A stretch of DNA of 63,723 bases, counting the filler, from Octopus bimaculoides (lineage: Eukaryota): assembly GCF_001194135.2 (NCBI RefSeq). It is 6 parts of 6 records of this genome, joined end to end, with 100 filler letters (N's around TTAATTAATTAA, not from the genome) between each part and the next. Parts side by side here need not be neighbours in the genome. Positions count along the whole stretch, not along the records: positions 1 to 14,312 come from NC_068987.1; positions 14,413 to 22,786 come from NC_068990.1; positions 22,887 to 28,593 come from NC_068994.1; 3 more parts are not named here. One strand, written 5' to 3'. The notes under the pieces were generated by a model that worked only from the letters and a program-made list of their open reading frames with translations, had not been told where the DNA came from and made no database searches. The position numbers and the translations under genes were made by a program. How positions within the stretch are numbered: the first letter of the stretch is position 1; each line of letters begins with the position of its first letter. Of this stretch, positions 12,967 through 24,038 are shown in pieces.

Positions 12967-13237
12967 NNNNNNNNNNNNNNNNNNNNNNNNNNNNNNNNNN
13001 NNNNNNNNNNNNNNNNNNNNNNNNNNNNNNNNNNNNNNNNNNNNNNNNNNNNNNNNNNNNNNNNNNNNNNNNNNNNNNNNNNNNNNNNNNNNNNNNNNNN
13101 NNNNNNNNNNNNNNNNNNNNNNNNNNNNNNNNNNNNNNNNNNNNNNNNNNNNNNNNNNNNNNNNNNNNNNNNNNNNNNNNNNNNNNNNNNNNNNNNNNNN
13201 NNNNNNNNNNNNNNNNNNNNNNNNNNNNNNNNNNNNN

Positions 13238-13310
<73 letters not shown>

Positions 13311-13469
13311 AACACACACACGATCGCACACACCTATTCACACATGCAAATATAGATGCATGTTTAAATGCATACATACAAACATGCATACATACTACAT
13401 ACATACATCATACATGCTAGAAATCGAAGGAAAAACTGCAATATGATAAACGTAGAAAATATCTTCTGT

Positions 13470-13880
13470 TGTTCGATACACACGTGCATATCAACAAAAG
13501 GAATCTTACTGGAAAATGCCCTAAAACAATGACTTCATATTTATTCTTAATACATTCTGGCAGGTTCGAACATTTATATGCTAATCGTTGTTGTGTTTCG
13601 TCTTAGGAGAACAACTTCCCATTTCAGGTGAATATGTGTGATATAGATTTATGGAATGCAGACAGCTCTGACCTCCATATCTTTTGATGTGTGTCTAGCT
13701 TCACTCACAGCACGAACGTATGCTATGTTCTCGGTGATTCCAAGGTATTTCTAACATTCATCTCTGGTAACAAGAGAAATATACAGACTATTCATCATTA
13801 ATATCCACATTGTTTGCCTGGCAGACAGTCTTTCCCCTTTTTACTTCCATATACAAACAATTCTCCTGACCAAAGACCAA
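13470..13880 (-). mobile_element. RT fragment of an R4-like LINE starting directly after (ACAT)n
   Basis: FGQENCLYMEVKRGK, DEC*KYLGITENIAY and WRSELSAFHKSISH (RT domains 6-7 and downstream), with stops and frameshifts. Confidence 0.7.
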
Positions 13881-13919
13881 TGTATGTATGTATGTATGTA
13901 TATATGTATGTATGTATGT

Positions 13920-14080
13920 TCTTCTTTTTAGAGTATATTTTGACCAGCCACCTACTTGGTGGTAGGTTTTTGAAGGAGAGCATCTTGTTTTGTTCATCGT
14001 CCTTTAAATCTTAAGAAAGTCTTGCAGATTTTTATAATCCCATGTATCGTGATCATTTGTAGTGTAAGAATTAAGGATAT
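13920..14080 (-). mobile_element. 3' end of ACAT-associated RLE LINE subfamily 2
   Basis: Aligns with 3397-3570. The 3' end runs into the (TGTA)n tract at 13881-13919. Confidence 0.75.
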
Positions 14081-14084
14081 ACTT

Positions 14085-14115
<31 letters not shown>

Positions 14116-14126
14116 CCGTTTAAATA

Positions 14127-14269
14127 TCACTATACATATCTTCGGGCGCTTCTAATAGTTTCACGTGTCTGAAAGTCTAAACACGTTCTTCAGGGTCTGC
14201 GCCTGAAGAACGTGTTTGGACTTCCAGACACGTGAAACTATTAGTAGCGCCCGAAGATGTATATTGTGA
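14127..14269. repeat. ~68-bp inverted repeat with a 7-nt loop
   Basis: Arms 14127-14194 and 14202-14269 are complementary with few mismatches. Confidence 0.9.
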
Positions 14270-14312
14270 TCCTTAGACAGAAAAAAATATTTGACTCCCA
14301 CGAGATGGAGAA

Positions 14313-14412
14313 NNNNNNNNNNNNNNNNNNNNNNNNNNNNNNNNNNNNNNNNNNNNTTAATTAATTAANNNNNNNNNNNNNNNNNNNNNNNNNNNNNNNN
14401 NNNNNNNNNNNN
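14313..14412. other. Artificial scaffold spacer (44N-TTAATTAATTAA-44N)
   Basis: Exactly 100 nt. The palindromic 12-mer gives stops in all six frames. Confidence 0.95.
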
Positions 14413-15436
14413 TATATATATATATATATATATATATGTAAAGAGATTCATATATACACATACATGCATATATCTACACGCATACATAGACTATATTTGC
14501 AACAAACAGGAGAAAAAGTACTCAATACTGAATGTAGACTATAATAATAATTATTATTATTCCCACGAAAGAACTGTTGTGTTTGAAGTCGCAGATTCAC
14601 AAGCTCACTGAAACGTCATCTGAATGAAGTATTTCTTATTACACAGCACACTGTGCTACCGCGTTAAGAAGCGAGCGTATAAACGAGAAAATTTTAAGTG
14701 AACGCTCTGATCGAATGTATGTATGTATGCATGTATGTATGTATGTATGTGTGTAAGTACGTATGCATATATACATGTATGCATTTATGCATGCAAGTAT
14801 GTACGTGTGTATGTATATATATGCTTATATATGTGTGTGAGTGTGTATGTATATATATATATATATATAAAAGATAATAAGAGTGAAAAAACTACAGAAG
14901 GCTTGTGTTACATGGTTAAAGTATATATTTAAATTATGTCAGAAAAATGTAAGAAAAATGTTATAAAAATGTTATAAAACCTTTTTGGTATATAAACATT
15001 GTATTNNNNNNNNNNNNNNNNNNNNNNNNNNNNNNNNNNNNNNNNNNNNNNNNNNNNNNNNNNNNNNNNNNNNNNNNNNNNNNNNNNNNNNNNNNNNNNN
15101 NNNNNNNNNNNNNNNNNNNNNNNNNNNNNNNNNNNNNNNNNNNNNNNNNNNNNNNNNNNNNNNNNNNNNNNNNNNNNNNNNNNNNNNNNNNNNNNNNNNN
15201 NNNNNNNNNNNNNNNNNNNNNNNNNNNNNNNNNNNNNNNNNNNNNNNNNNNNNNNNNNNNNNNNNNNNNNNNNNNNNNNNNNNNNNNNNNNNNNNNNNNN
15301 NNNNNNNNNNNNNNNNNNNNNNNNNNNNNNNNNNNNNNNNNNNNNNNNNNNNNNNNNNNNNNNNNNNNNNNNNNNNNNNNNNNNNNNNNNNNNNNNNNNN
15401 NNNNNNNNNNNNNNNNNNNNNNNNNNNNNNNNNNNT

Positions 15437-15741
15437 CTTTGTAAGCCTAGTACTTATTCTATCGGTTTCTTTTTGCCGAACCGCTATGTTACGGGGACGT
15501 AAATACACCAGCATCGGTTGTCAAGCGATGGTGGGGGGACAAACACACATACATATATATATATATATACATATATACGACGGGCTTCTTTCAGTTTCTG
15601 TCTACCAAATCCACTCACTAGGCTTTGGTCGGCCTGAGGCTATAGTAGAAGACACTTGCCCAAGGTGCCACGCAGTGGGACTGATCCCGGAACCATGTGG
15701 TTGGTGTGCAAGCTACTTACCACACAGCTACTCCTGCGCCT
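15437..15741 (-). mobile_element. SINE family A
   Basis: Close match to other copies. The 3' end is lost in a gap. Confidence 0.9.
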
Positions 15742-16467
15742 CCTATATATATATATATATGGCTGATCATGTGCATTCACGCATAAGATAATTAAGACCC
15801 TCATTAATCACTAGTGAACGCAGGGCCAGTGCAAGAGACATGGCAATTAAGAAATTCTTATAAATTTCGTCTCTTAATATGTGTGTTTATTTATTTATAT
15901 ATTCATTTGATTATTTACTTTTAAATGTCGCATAATCTCATTTAACTTCGTGAATTCTCATTCAAAATGGAGACAGGTACGAATATTCTCTAGTGGATTA
16001 CTTGAATAAGCGTGGAGACTCTCTCCACTGGAAGCGATTTGTTGTCTTGGTAATCAACAAATAAACTATTTAAATATAATCTAATATCGAACTGTAAGAA
16101 TGAGTATGTTTTTATTGCTATAAATAAATATTCTTTATCTATGGTTTTACAACACAATCAATGGTATCATGCGAAGAGATCTTTACAGTTGTTCGAGAGA
16201 ACCACATCCAAGTATCGGTAATTGTCTTTATTTTGGATACGAATAAGTCGTGAATTCTCGTCCAAATTTGAGACTAGCACCAACACTTCCATGTGTCACA
16301 CTTGAACGTCTGCCTTGTTAACCCACAAATAAAGTATATACTTATATATACATACATAAATACACATATACATACATACATACATTTTTGGAACGTAACA
16401 CACGTAATAGTCAAGAGCATACTGTATAGTTTTCTTTTATAATAATATTAACTGGAAAAAAAAAGCT

Positions 16468-16650
16468 AAAGCGACGAGTTGGCGCAGTCGTTACCGAGCT
16501 CAACAAAAATGCTTAGGGGTGTTTAATTTGGTTTAATCTTATGAGTTCAAATCCTGCCGGAGTCGACTTTGCCTTTTTATATAAGTGATGTAAACGTAAC
16601 CCCTTTCCCTGGAACTGCTGGCCTTATACCAGCATTTGAAAACCAATATC
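16468..16650 (+). mobile_element. SINE family B (diverged)
   Basis: Head gcgacgagttggc..., B-box gagttcaaatcc, core gtcgactttgcc. Confidence 0.7.
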
Positions 16651-16913
16651 TTTTTTACAGTCATTACTGATATCCATGTTAAATTGTAATTTTTGTTTCT
16701 TTGTGTTGTTATTGCTGTAGTTTTTCGTTTTGGGAAAAATAAAGCTCATTCAGTCCAAGTAAAAAATCAAAAAAAAAAAAAAAAACGAAAAACATTCGTG
16801 AATTATACACAGTCCCTCTAAGGCGCACATCAATAAATTCTACCCTTTTCCATACAAAGGGACTGTTAGTCTGAAGAAAGAGAAAAAGTCTTCCTAATAC
16901 TGGAGATGTTTTT

Positions 16914-17133
16914 AAGGCAGCGGACTGGCAAAATCGTTAGCAAGTCAGGCAAAATGCTTAACGGCATTTCACCCTTATTTACGTTCTCAGTTCACATTCC
17001 GCCGAGGCCGACTTCGCCTTTCATCCCTTTGAGGTCGATAAAATAAGTATCGGTTGAGCACTAGGGTCGTTAAAAGCGATCTACTTCCTCTCCAGAAATT
17101 GCTGGCTTTGTGCTAAAGATTGAAATTTTCATT
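16914..17133 (+). mobile_element. SINE family B
   Basis: Head plus the ccttt catcccttt gaggtcgataaaataagta core. Confidence 0.8.
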
Positions 17134-18056
17134 GGGGATATTATATGCATTACTGCCTAGGAGAGTGTATAGTTTATTCTGCATATTTTACCATCAATAA
17201 ACAGGTAGGGAGTGTTTGAGAAAAGTTTAGCGCCAATCAGACCTTGAATATCAGTAACAGTCTAAAGTAAGAATACTAATTAGAAGAAGAAAAATCCTGC
17301 AAAGCATGAACAGCAGCAATAAAAGCAATCGCAAACACGCCTAACTGAACAATAATAACAACAGCAACCGCTGTAGCAAACGCAACACAAATGGAAATAT
17401 TATATCCACTATGTACAGTGTTCAATGTCTGAACACTAAAAATAATTAATTTTGTATTGAATTTAACAACTTCAATACACAAAACGCTTCGCTCGTAGAA
17501 ACAGACAACTGAGAATTCAATGGAAGGATATCTGATTGTTTTTCTTTCTTATAATGTCAATGACACAGACGTAAGGGCAGCATCCATTAATATGAACAGA
17601 TCCGCCAACGGTCTACCACTGGATTTACATAATACGTACTAGCAAATCTATCCATCTTCGATGGAGGCATCAAATGAGGGAGAGAGGTCATAACAGCAGT
17701 ATGTATTGAGAAATATGTAAACAGACTTGATAGCTAACTTGGTGATGTCTTAGAGAAATCACATTATTGTTAGTGATACAACATTCTATTGCAGCTATAT
17801 GACATGTGTTTGCGACTAAGTGAAATGTGATGACGATTTACTCTCGAACTGAAATAGGCTTCCAGCCTATGTGTCATAAATGGTTATGTGGACCACTCCT
17901 AATGAAAGCCAGATCTTCCTTTGACCACTACATAAAAAGTTTTAAGAAAAAAAATAGCATTTAGATATACTTTTATTTTAGTTGTTTACACTGTTTTACA
18001 CCTGTTTATACTCCTATACATTCAAAGTTCACAAATTTCCTTATTTGAATTATGAA

Positions 18057-18524
18057 TCATATTCCTTTCGATAATATCAATATGATTACAAACCTTCTTT
18101 GTAGACGATATTTTGTTTGATTGACACTAATTTCCAAATTACTGGAGTTCGTTGTTCTACTCATAGTGACGTATAACTGGCCGTGTGTAAATATGGGAGT
18201 GGGTAAAAATACACCAACAAGATCTAAATTCTGGCCTTGTGTCTTGTTTGCTGTGAATGCGCGCCTTGTTTGCTGTGAATGCGCGCTTTGTTTGCTGTGA
18301 ATACGCGCCTTGTTTGCTGTGAAGGGTTGCAAAAAATCAAGCTGGGACTTACCTCTCACTGTTCTACGCAAATGATATCTGAATGTTCTGGAACCATCAG
18401 TTATTTTGACTGACAAAACTGAGATGTAAACGACAGCCGCTTCAATTAACCGTTTCGAATCCTGCTCGAGACTGACACACTTCATTAACCACCAAATAAT
18501 CACACCCACTATATACTGACACAC
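18057..18524 (-). pseudogene. Helitron Rep/Hel PIF1-helicase C-terminal remnant
   Basis: The ORF contains AFTANKTQGQNLDLVGVFLPTPIFTHGQLYVTMSRT, the PIF1/Helitron helicase motif V-VI pattern TxNKxQGQ...HGQLYVAxSR. Confidence 0.8.
18243..18323. repeat. 22-bp tandem repeat, 3.7 copies, inside the helicase remnant
   Basis: Unit cttgtttgctgtgaatgcgcgc at 18243, 18265, 18287 and 18309 (partial). Confidence 0.95.
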
Positions 18525-18547
18525 ACTTTTCCCATTTTATTTCGATA

Positions 18548-18850
18548 CTAACCGTCCTCACGACCCCCTTCGTATCTACTATGAGGCCACGAACTATACG
18601 ATGAAAATCCTGAGTTACTGGTGGTCAGTGAATTTTTAATAAAAATGCGAAGGTGGTTTATCAATTCAAAAGTCTATATTCACGAAATAATCATACTTTC
18701 TGATTTTCTTTAATGCTAAAAACCTTCCTGACGACCGTCTTTGTAATCGTAAAACATCGTAACCAATGGTCCAGTCGTCTGGCCGTGAAGGGGGAACAAA
18801 CAAAGAGACGGACAGACAGACAGACGGACATAACGCCCATTATAGTAAGA
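18548..18850 (-). mobile_element. Non-autonomous Helitron-like element, copy 2
   Basis: The minus strand begins A|TCTTACTATAAT, then a (GTCT)n tract. The putative 3' end is TTAG|T at 18548. Confidence 0.55.
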
Positions 18851-19173
18851 TAGCAAATCTGCCCATCTACAATGGGAAATAAAGAGATAGTATCGCAAAT
18901 CTAAACTCTCTAAATTCACGAATTATACGGAAGGGAGTAGGAATCCAGATTTAATCCTCGTCGCCAGAATTTTAACAAAAGAAATCAAAGGTGATTTATT
19001 AATACAAAACTCAATATCTACTAGATAGTTATACTTTTTCATATTTTTTTCGCTAAAAAGCTTCCTGATTACCTTCGTTGTAATCCCGAAAAGCATCGTG
19101 ACCATTGGTCCAGTCATTTGACCGTGAAAAAGGAACAGACAGACAGATGGACATAACGCCCGTTATAGTAAGA
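18851..19173 (-). mobile_element. Non-autonomous Helitron-like element, copy 1 (head-to-tail with copy 2)
   Basis: Same A|TC start and first ~120 nt as copy 2. It ends with a cccat-tgtag-atggg hairpin, then ...GCTA. Confidence 0.55.
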
Positions 19174-19243
19174 TAATGCCTTGCAATGGAATCGAACTCG
19201 AAACCACATAATTGTGAAACGAGCTATACTGTAAAGATATTGA

Positions 19244-19657
19244 TTTTAAATTTTGGCGCAAAGCCAACAATTTCGGGGTAAGATGGTAAGTCAAGTACAT
19301 TGATCCAACTGGTTCTTATTTTATCAAAGGCAACCACGGCGGAATTAGAACTCAGAACATAAAGATGGACAATATGCTGGTAAGCGTATTGTCCGGCATG
19401 CTAACGATTCTTCCCGCATGCCGCCTCATACAGTAAAGATAGTGATTTCAAATTTTGGCACAAGGCCAGCAAGTTCGTAGGGTGGGTAAGTCGGTTGATG
19501 GACTCCAATGTTTAATTGGTACGTATTTTATCGACCCCGAAAGGATAAAAGGCAAAGTCAACCTCGACGGGATTTGAACTTAGGGCGAAAAGTTCAGACA
19601 AAATACCACTAAGCATTTCGCCCGGCGTGCTAACGATTCTGCCAGCTCTCCGCCTTA
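19244..19657 (-). mobile_element. Two tandem SINE family B copies
   Basis: Copies at about 19244-19430 and 19446-19657, each bounded by gtaaagata(t/g)tga. Confidence 0.8.
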
Positions 19658-20672
19658 TATAGTAAAGATATTGACAAATGAATATAGTGTGTGGCTCTCG
19701 TTCATAAGATGCAATGACGCTATCAAACTGAGCGGTCTCTATGCGCAGAAAAAAATAACGTTTGCTTGATTTACAAATTTTTGCTTCAGGAAAAACTACC
19801 TCTTCTCAAGAAAAAAAAAAAAAAAATTGAATCCATATACAGAATTGGATCTTATTTGTGAAGGATAAGTGAGAACGTTATTGGTTGTTTTAAACGAAAT
19901 GTTACATTACGAAGAAATAGATAAATAAACATGATTTTAGGAATAGATTGAAAATAAGAATAGTATTGGAAAGAAAATATATAAAAAATGGGATGAGCTT
20001 CGATTTATTTTAGTTTTTGAATGAGTTGCATGATTGAAAAGATATCGTTTGAATGCATGGAAATTTTGTTTTGGAGAATGAATAGGAGGAAACCGAGTTT
20101 AAATAGCGAAATGCTAAGGGCACTTATTGCCAAGAGAATATTGATTTACAAGTTGTATGAATAAAGGCTGAAAGCTAAAGAAGTTTGAAACCCCTTCTTC
20201 ATAAAACGGAAAATAAACAAACAAAACAAAAACAAACATGCAATAAACAAGAGCAAAACAAACAAAAAAAAATGTCTAGCAATGGAATGCAAACAACTCC
20301 TTCCTCCGATAAACGGAAGAAAACAAATAGGAAAAATATCGGCAAAAATCAAGTAGATCAGATTGATAATTTTATAATATATAACTGGGAATTGTGGCGG
20401 GGGAAAAAAAAAACCCATTCGATTTATCAATGGGATATTGGTTTCCTAGTTATGTTCTTTTAGTTATGGATTTTATAAACTATGGCAGATGACACTGAAG
20501 AGTATTTTAATATCTCTCCAAGTAAACACAGAACGCTGCTGGACGAATCAATAGCGTACCAGGAAGCTATTATGAGGGTCACAAGTTCAAATACTAAGAA
20601 TGCATTCTTGAAGAAAATACTTACGTAGCTTGTGGTGGGTGAGTTTAACTATATATATATATATATATATAC

Positions 20673-20705
<33 letters not shown>

Positions 20706-20991
20706 TACACATATATATAAAACTTTTACTTGTTTCAGTCTTTAGACTGCCATGCTGGGGGCAGCGCATTGAAGANNNNNNNNNNNNNNNNNNNNNNNNN
20801 NNNNNNNNNNNNNNNNNNNNNNNNNNNNNNNNNNNNNNNNNNNNNNNNNNNNNNNNNNNNNNNNNNNNNNNNNNNNNNNNNNNNNNNNNNNNNNNNNNNN
20901 NNNNNNNNNNNNNNNNNNNNNNNNNNNNNNNNNNNNNNNNTATATATATATATATATATATCAGTTTCTTTGTACGAAACTGAAAGAAGAA

Positions 20992-21810
20992 CAAGTGTCT
21001 TCTACTATAGCCTAGGGCTGGCTGACCAAAGCCTTGTGAGTGGATTTGGTAGACGGAAACTAAAAGAAACCCGCCATATGTATAGTAAGCCCTCGACTAT
21101 CGCGGGTGTTACGTTCCAAAATCCCTTGCGATAGGAGAAAATAATGTACTGTGCATTTAAAAAAAATCATTTTTATAATAATATATATTTATTTTATTAT
21201 AAATGCAAAACAACACCACACACTCGCCTCCCGAGTTTCGATCTCCATACAGTATGTGCGATTCTTTGTTTACTTATCTACGATACACTATTTATTTTCT
21301 TTTAATATATTTTAAGAATAAATAAATATGAATACAGTGCTGTACTGTATTCTTATTTATTAATCTCTTAATTTATTAAGTTTTAGGCGTGAACATGCTT
21401 ATTTTACCATAGAAATAATTAAAATCTAAAAGAACATAAACACCTATCGGCCGCAGAAATCTGCGATATAAATTTACATATATTAACCAGAAAAATCCGA
21501 GATGTTCTGAAGACGCGATAGGTGAACTGCGATATTGCGAGTGATTACTCTATGTATAAACACATATATGTATATGTATCTATGTATATGTATCGTCCTT
21601 GTGTCTGTGTTTGCCTTCCACAACCGCTTGACAATCGGTGTTGGTGTGTTTACGCTCCCGTAACTTAGCAGTTCGGCAAAAAAAGGCCGTTAGAATAAGT
21701 ACCAGACTTTAAAAAAAAACACTAGTGTCGATTTATTCGACTAGAATTCTTCAAGGCGTTGTCCCAGTATGATGTCCGTCTAATGACTGCAACAATTAAG
21801 GATAAAAGAT
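20992..21810 (+). mobile_element. SINE family A interrupted by a Tigger-like MITE
   Basis: The SINE sequence resumes at 21552 after the insertion. Confidence 0.75.
21083..21550. mobile_element. Tigger/pogo-like non-autonomous DNA transposon
   Basis: Degenerate TIRs (tagtaagccctcgactatcgcgg / gagtaatcactcgcaatatcgcag) with TA on both sides. Confidence 0.7.
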
Positions 21811-22739
21811 ATAGAATTATTTCAGCCAGAAAAGACACAAAAATGAACTTACCTCAGCCGGCGAAAATATTATCGTAATTAGTATCATGTATTTTAATTT
21901 ACTTTGTTTATTTGATTGAATTGGTCTCCTTTTCTAAGCTCTAATACCAAATACCACCAAATTTACTCCTGATCCCCATAACGTATCAATAACATAGAAA
22001 CGAACAATATACTAGAGTTAGCTCAACTGATTTCATTACCCTTGTGGCAAATGTTAGTCTTGTGGCTAGTCAAAAATAAATCAATATCTATAATTTTTAT
22101 CTACATTAAAAACCATTTAGTTAAAAGGTAAGCACTTGGCTGACCGAGTCTGCGATCCGCTTTCAGTTTTAGTTAAAATATTCTCATACGCCGCACCACT
22201 AATACTCTTGATAAAGCCATGAATTTGATATTCCAATCCAGTCTGCTACAAACGTGTAATGCCGTGGTCTAGGTGAGAAATAATTTTTTAAACTCATTTG
22301 ATGATGTGTTCGTCTGTTATATCTAAAATGCACCGGAATGGAAAAATAAACATCGAACATTTTATCTTTAGTTTTAATGCATTAAACAATTCGTTTTATC
22401 GTGTTTGAGGCCTTTATCTTTAACGCATTTCTATGATTTATATATTGACTTATTTGACTAGATGCTCTTCATTAGATTCCAATTAATTATAAAGAGTTCG
22501 TGATTAGCGATATTATTGGTATTATATAAAGCGTAGCTTGCTGTCTTTAAAAATTCCTAATTATAAATAGCGGAATACATGATTTCATTTCAATAGCGAA
22601 AGTGAGTGTCTTATTATATTTAAACATTCAATCATAGAATCATCTCTTAGATGTGTATTTAATCACACATGTTTGCTTTCTACCCAGTATTTCTCTCTAC
22701 CCTCCCCCTCTCTCAATATATATATATATATACATATAT

Positions 22740-22786
<47 letters not shown>

Positions 22787-22886
22787 NNNNNNNNNNNNNN
22801 NNNNNNNNNNNNNNNNNNNNNNNNNNNNNNTTAATTAATTAANNNNNNNNNNNNNNNNNNNNNNNNNNNNNNNNNNNNNNNNNNNN
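22787..22886. other. Artificial scaffold spacer
   Basis: 44N + TTAATTAATTAA (22831-22842) + 44N. Confidence 0.95.
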
Positions 22887-23053
22887 GTCTGTAGCTATTC
22901 TATCAATCCAAGGGGCCTTTTCATTGTGTGTTTTATCTTCTGCCCAGATTTTATTCCAAAATTCTTGCACTTCTTCTTTTGATGGGACAGACTTTATTGT
23001 TACTGGTGTTTTCCCTATCTTCCTGTAGAAATTTTTGGGGTTATTTTTGAACA

Positions 23054-23056
<3 letters not shown>
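22887..23056 (-). mobile_element. 5'-truncated R4/Dong LINE fragment starting in (AAT)n
   Basis: MFKNNPKNFYRKIG...PSKEEVQEFWNKIWAEDKTHNEKAPWI, the pre-RT region of Dong-type ORFs. (ATT)n lies at about 23056-23100. Confidence 0.75.
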
Positions 23057-23094
<38 letters not shown>

Positions 23095-23802
23095 TTATTA
23101 TGCAATAACGGTGTCAGTACAACGACTTGAAATACGATACATTGTCGAATATCTCGACCAGGTAATTGGAAGGTATGTCTTTTATCTGTGCCGGAAGGGC
23201 CAATTGCAAATTCTACTACGTCGAATTTTGTTCTCAGTTCGTGTAGTTCTGTAAACTATATATCCGCACAGCAAATTGTAAGCTACTGTACCGAATATCC
23301 TACCAGCGTCACCTGTTGGGATATACATGTGGGATTACAAATAATTGAAATGAGGCATAAAACACACTTGTACGCGATTCTGCCTCCGTCAATAATCATG
23401 ATTGATACTCTCTGAGATATTCTAAAAGATCCTTTTTCCAATCTAGTTAGCCCACCACAGGCAGTCTTTCCCGTATTGTCACGAGGGTGTAATTATAATG
23501 TGTTTACTTGAACCAACAAATCACTTTTTAACTCGACATCTCTGCAGCTATTTATACGATATTATGACGACGAACTATGAATTACGTGTTGAGAATTAAA
23601 TGCCCTCCCTTCGGACGCAATGCAGAGCCAGTAACACGAACATGTGATAGGCTAGTTTTTCTTTCTTTTTTGTTTTATGAATTGCTTAACCAGAGAAGGA
23701 GGGAATGTACCCATGAACCTGGCGTAAGTAACCATGAAATTCGTGTCCTCACCAGATCACAGATCAGCTCCGAATGTTTAAAATGTTTAGATTTAGCTGT
23801 AA

Positions 23803-24038
23803 GGCGGCGAACTGGGAGAAACGTTAGCACGCCGGGTGAAATGCTTAGCGATATTTCGTCTGCCGCTACGTTCAGAGTTCAAATTCCACCGAGGTCGACT
23901 TTGCCTTTCATTCTTTCGGGGTCGATTAAATAAGTACCAGTTACGCACTGGTTTCGATATAATCGACTTAATCCGTTTGTCTGTCCTTGTTTGTCCCCTC
24001 TATGTGTAGCTCCTTGTGGGCAGTAAAGAAATACGAAA
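23803..24038 (+). mobile_element. SINE family B with a 16-bp TSD
   Basis: TSD ttagatttagctgtaa at 23787-23802 and 24039-24054. Intact A/B-box-like head. Confidence 0.9.

Noticed and set aside
18347-18524. Minus-strand GAG|GTAAGT donor with upstream TCAGT, suggesting a first exon
   Set aside because: The region is explained by the continuous Helitron helicase relic.
20482-20628. 48-aa ORF MADDTEEYFNISPSKH... with a good start context
   Set aside because: No recognisable homology, and ORFs of this length occur by chance.
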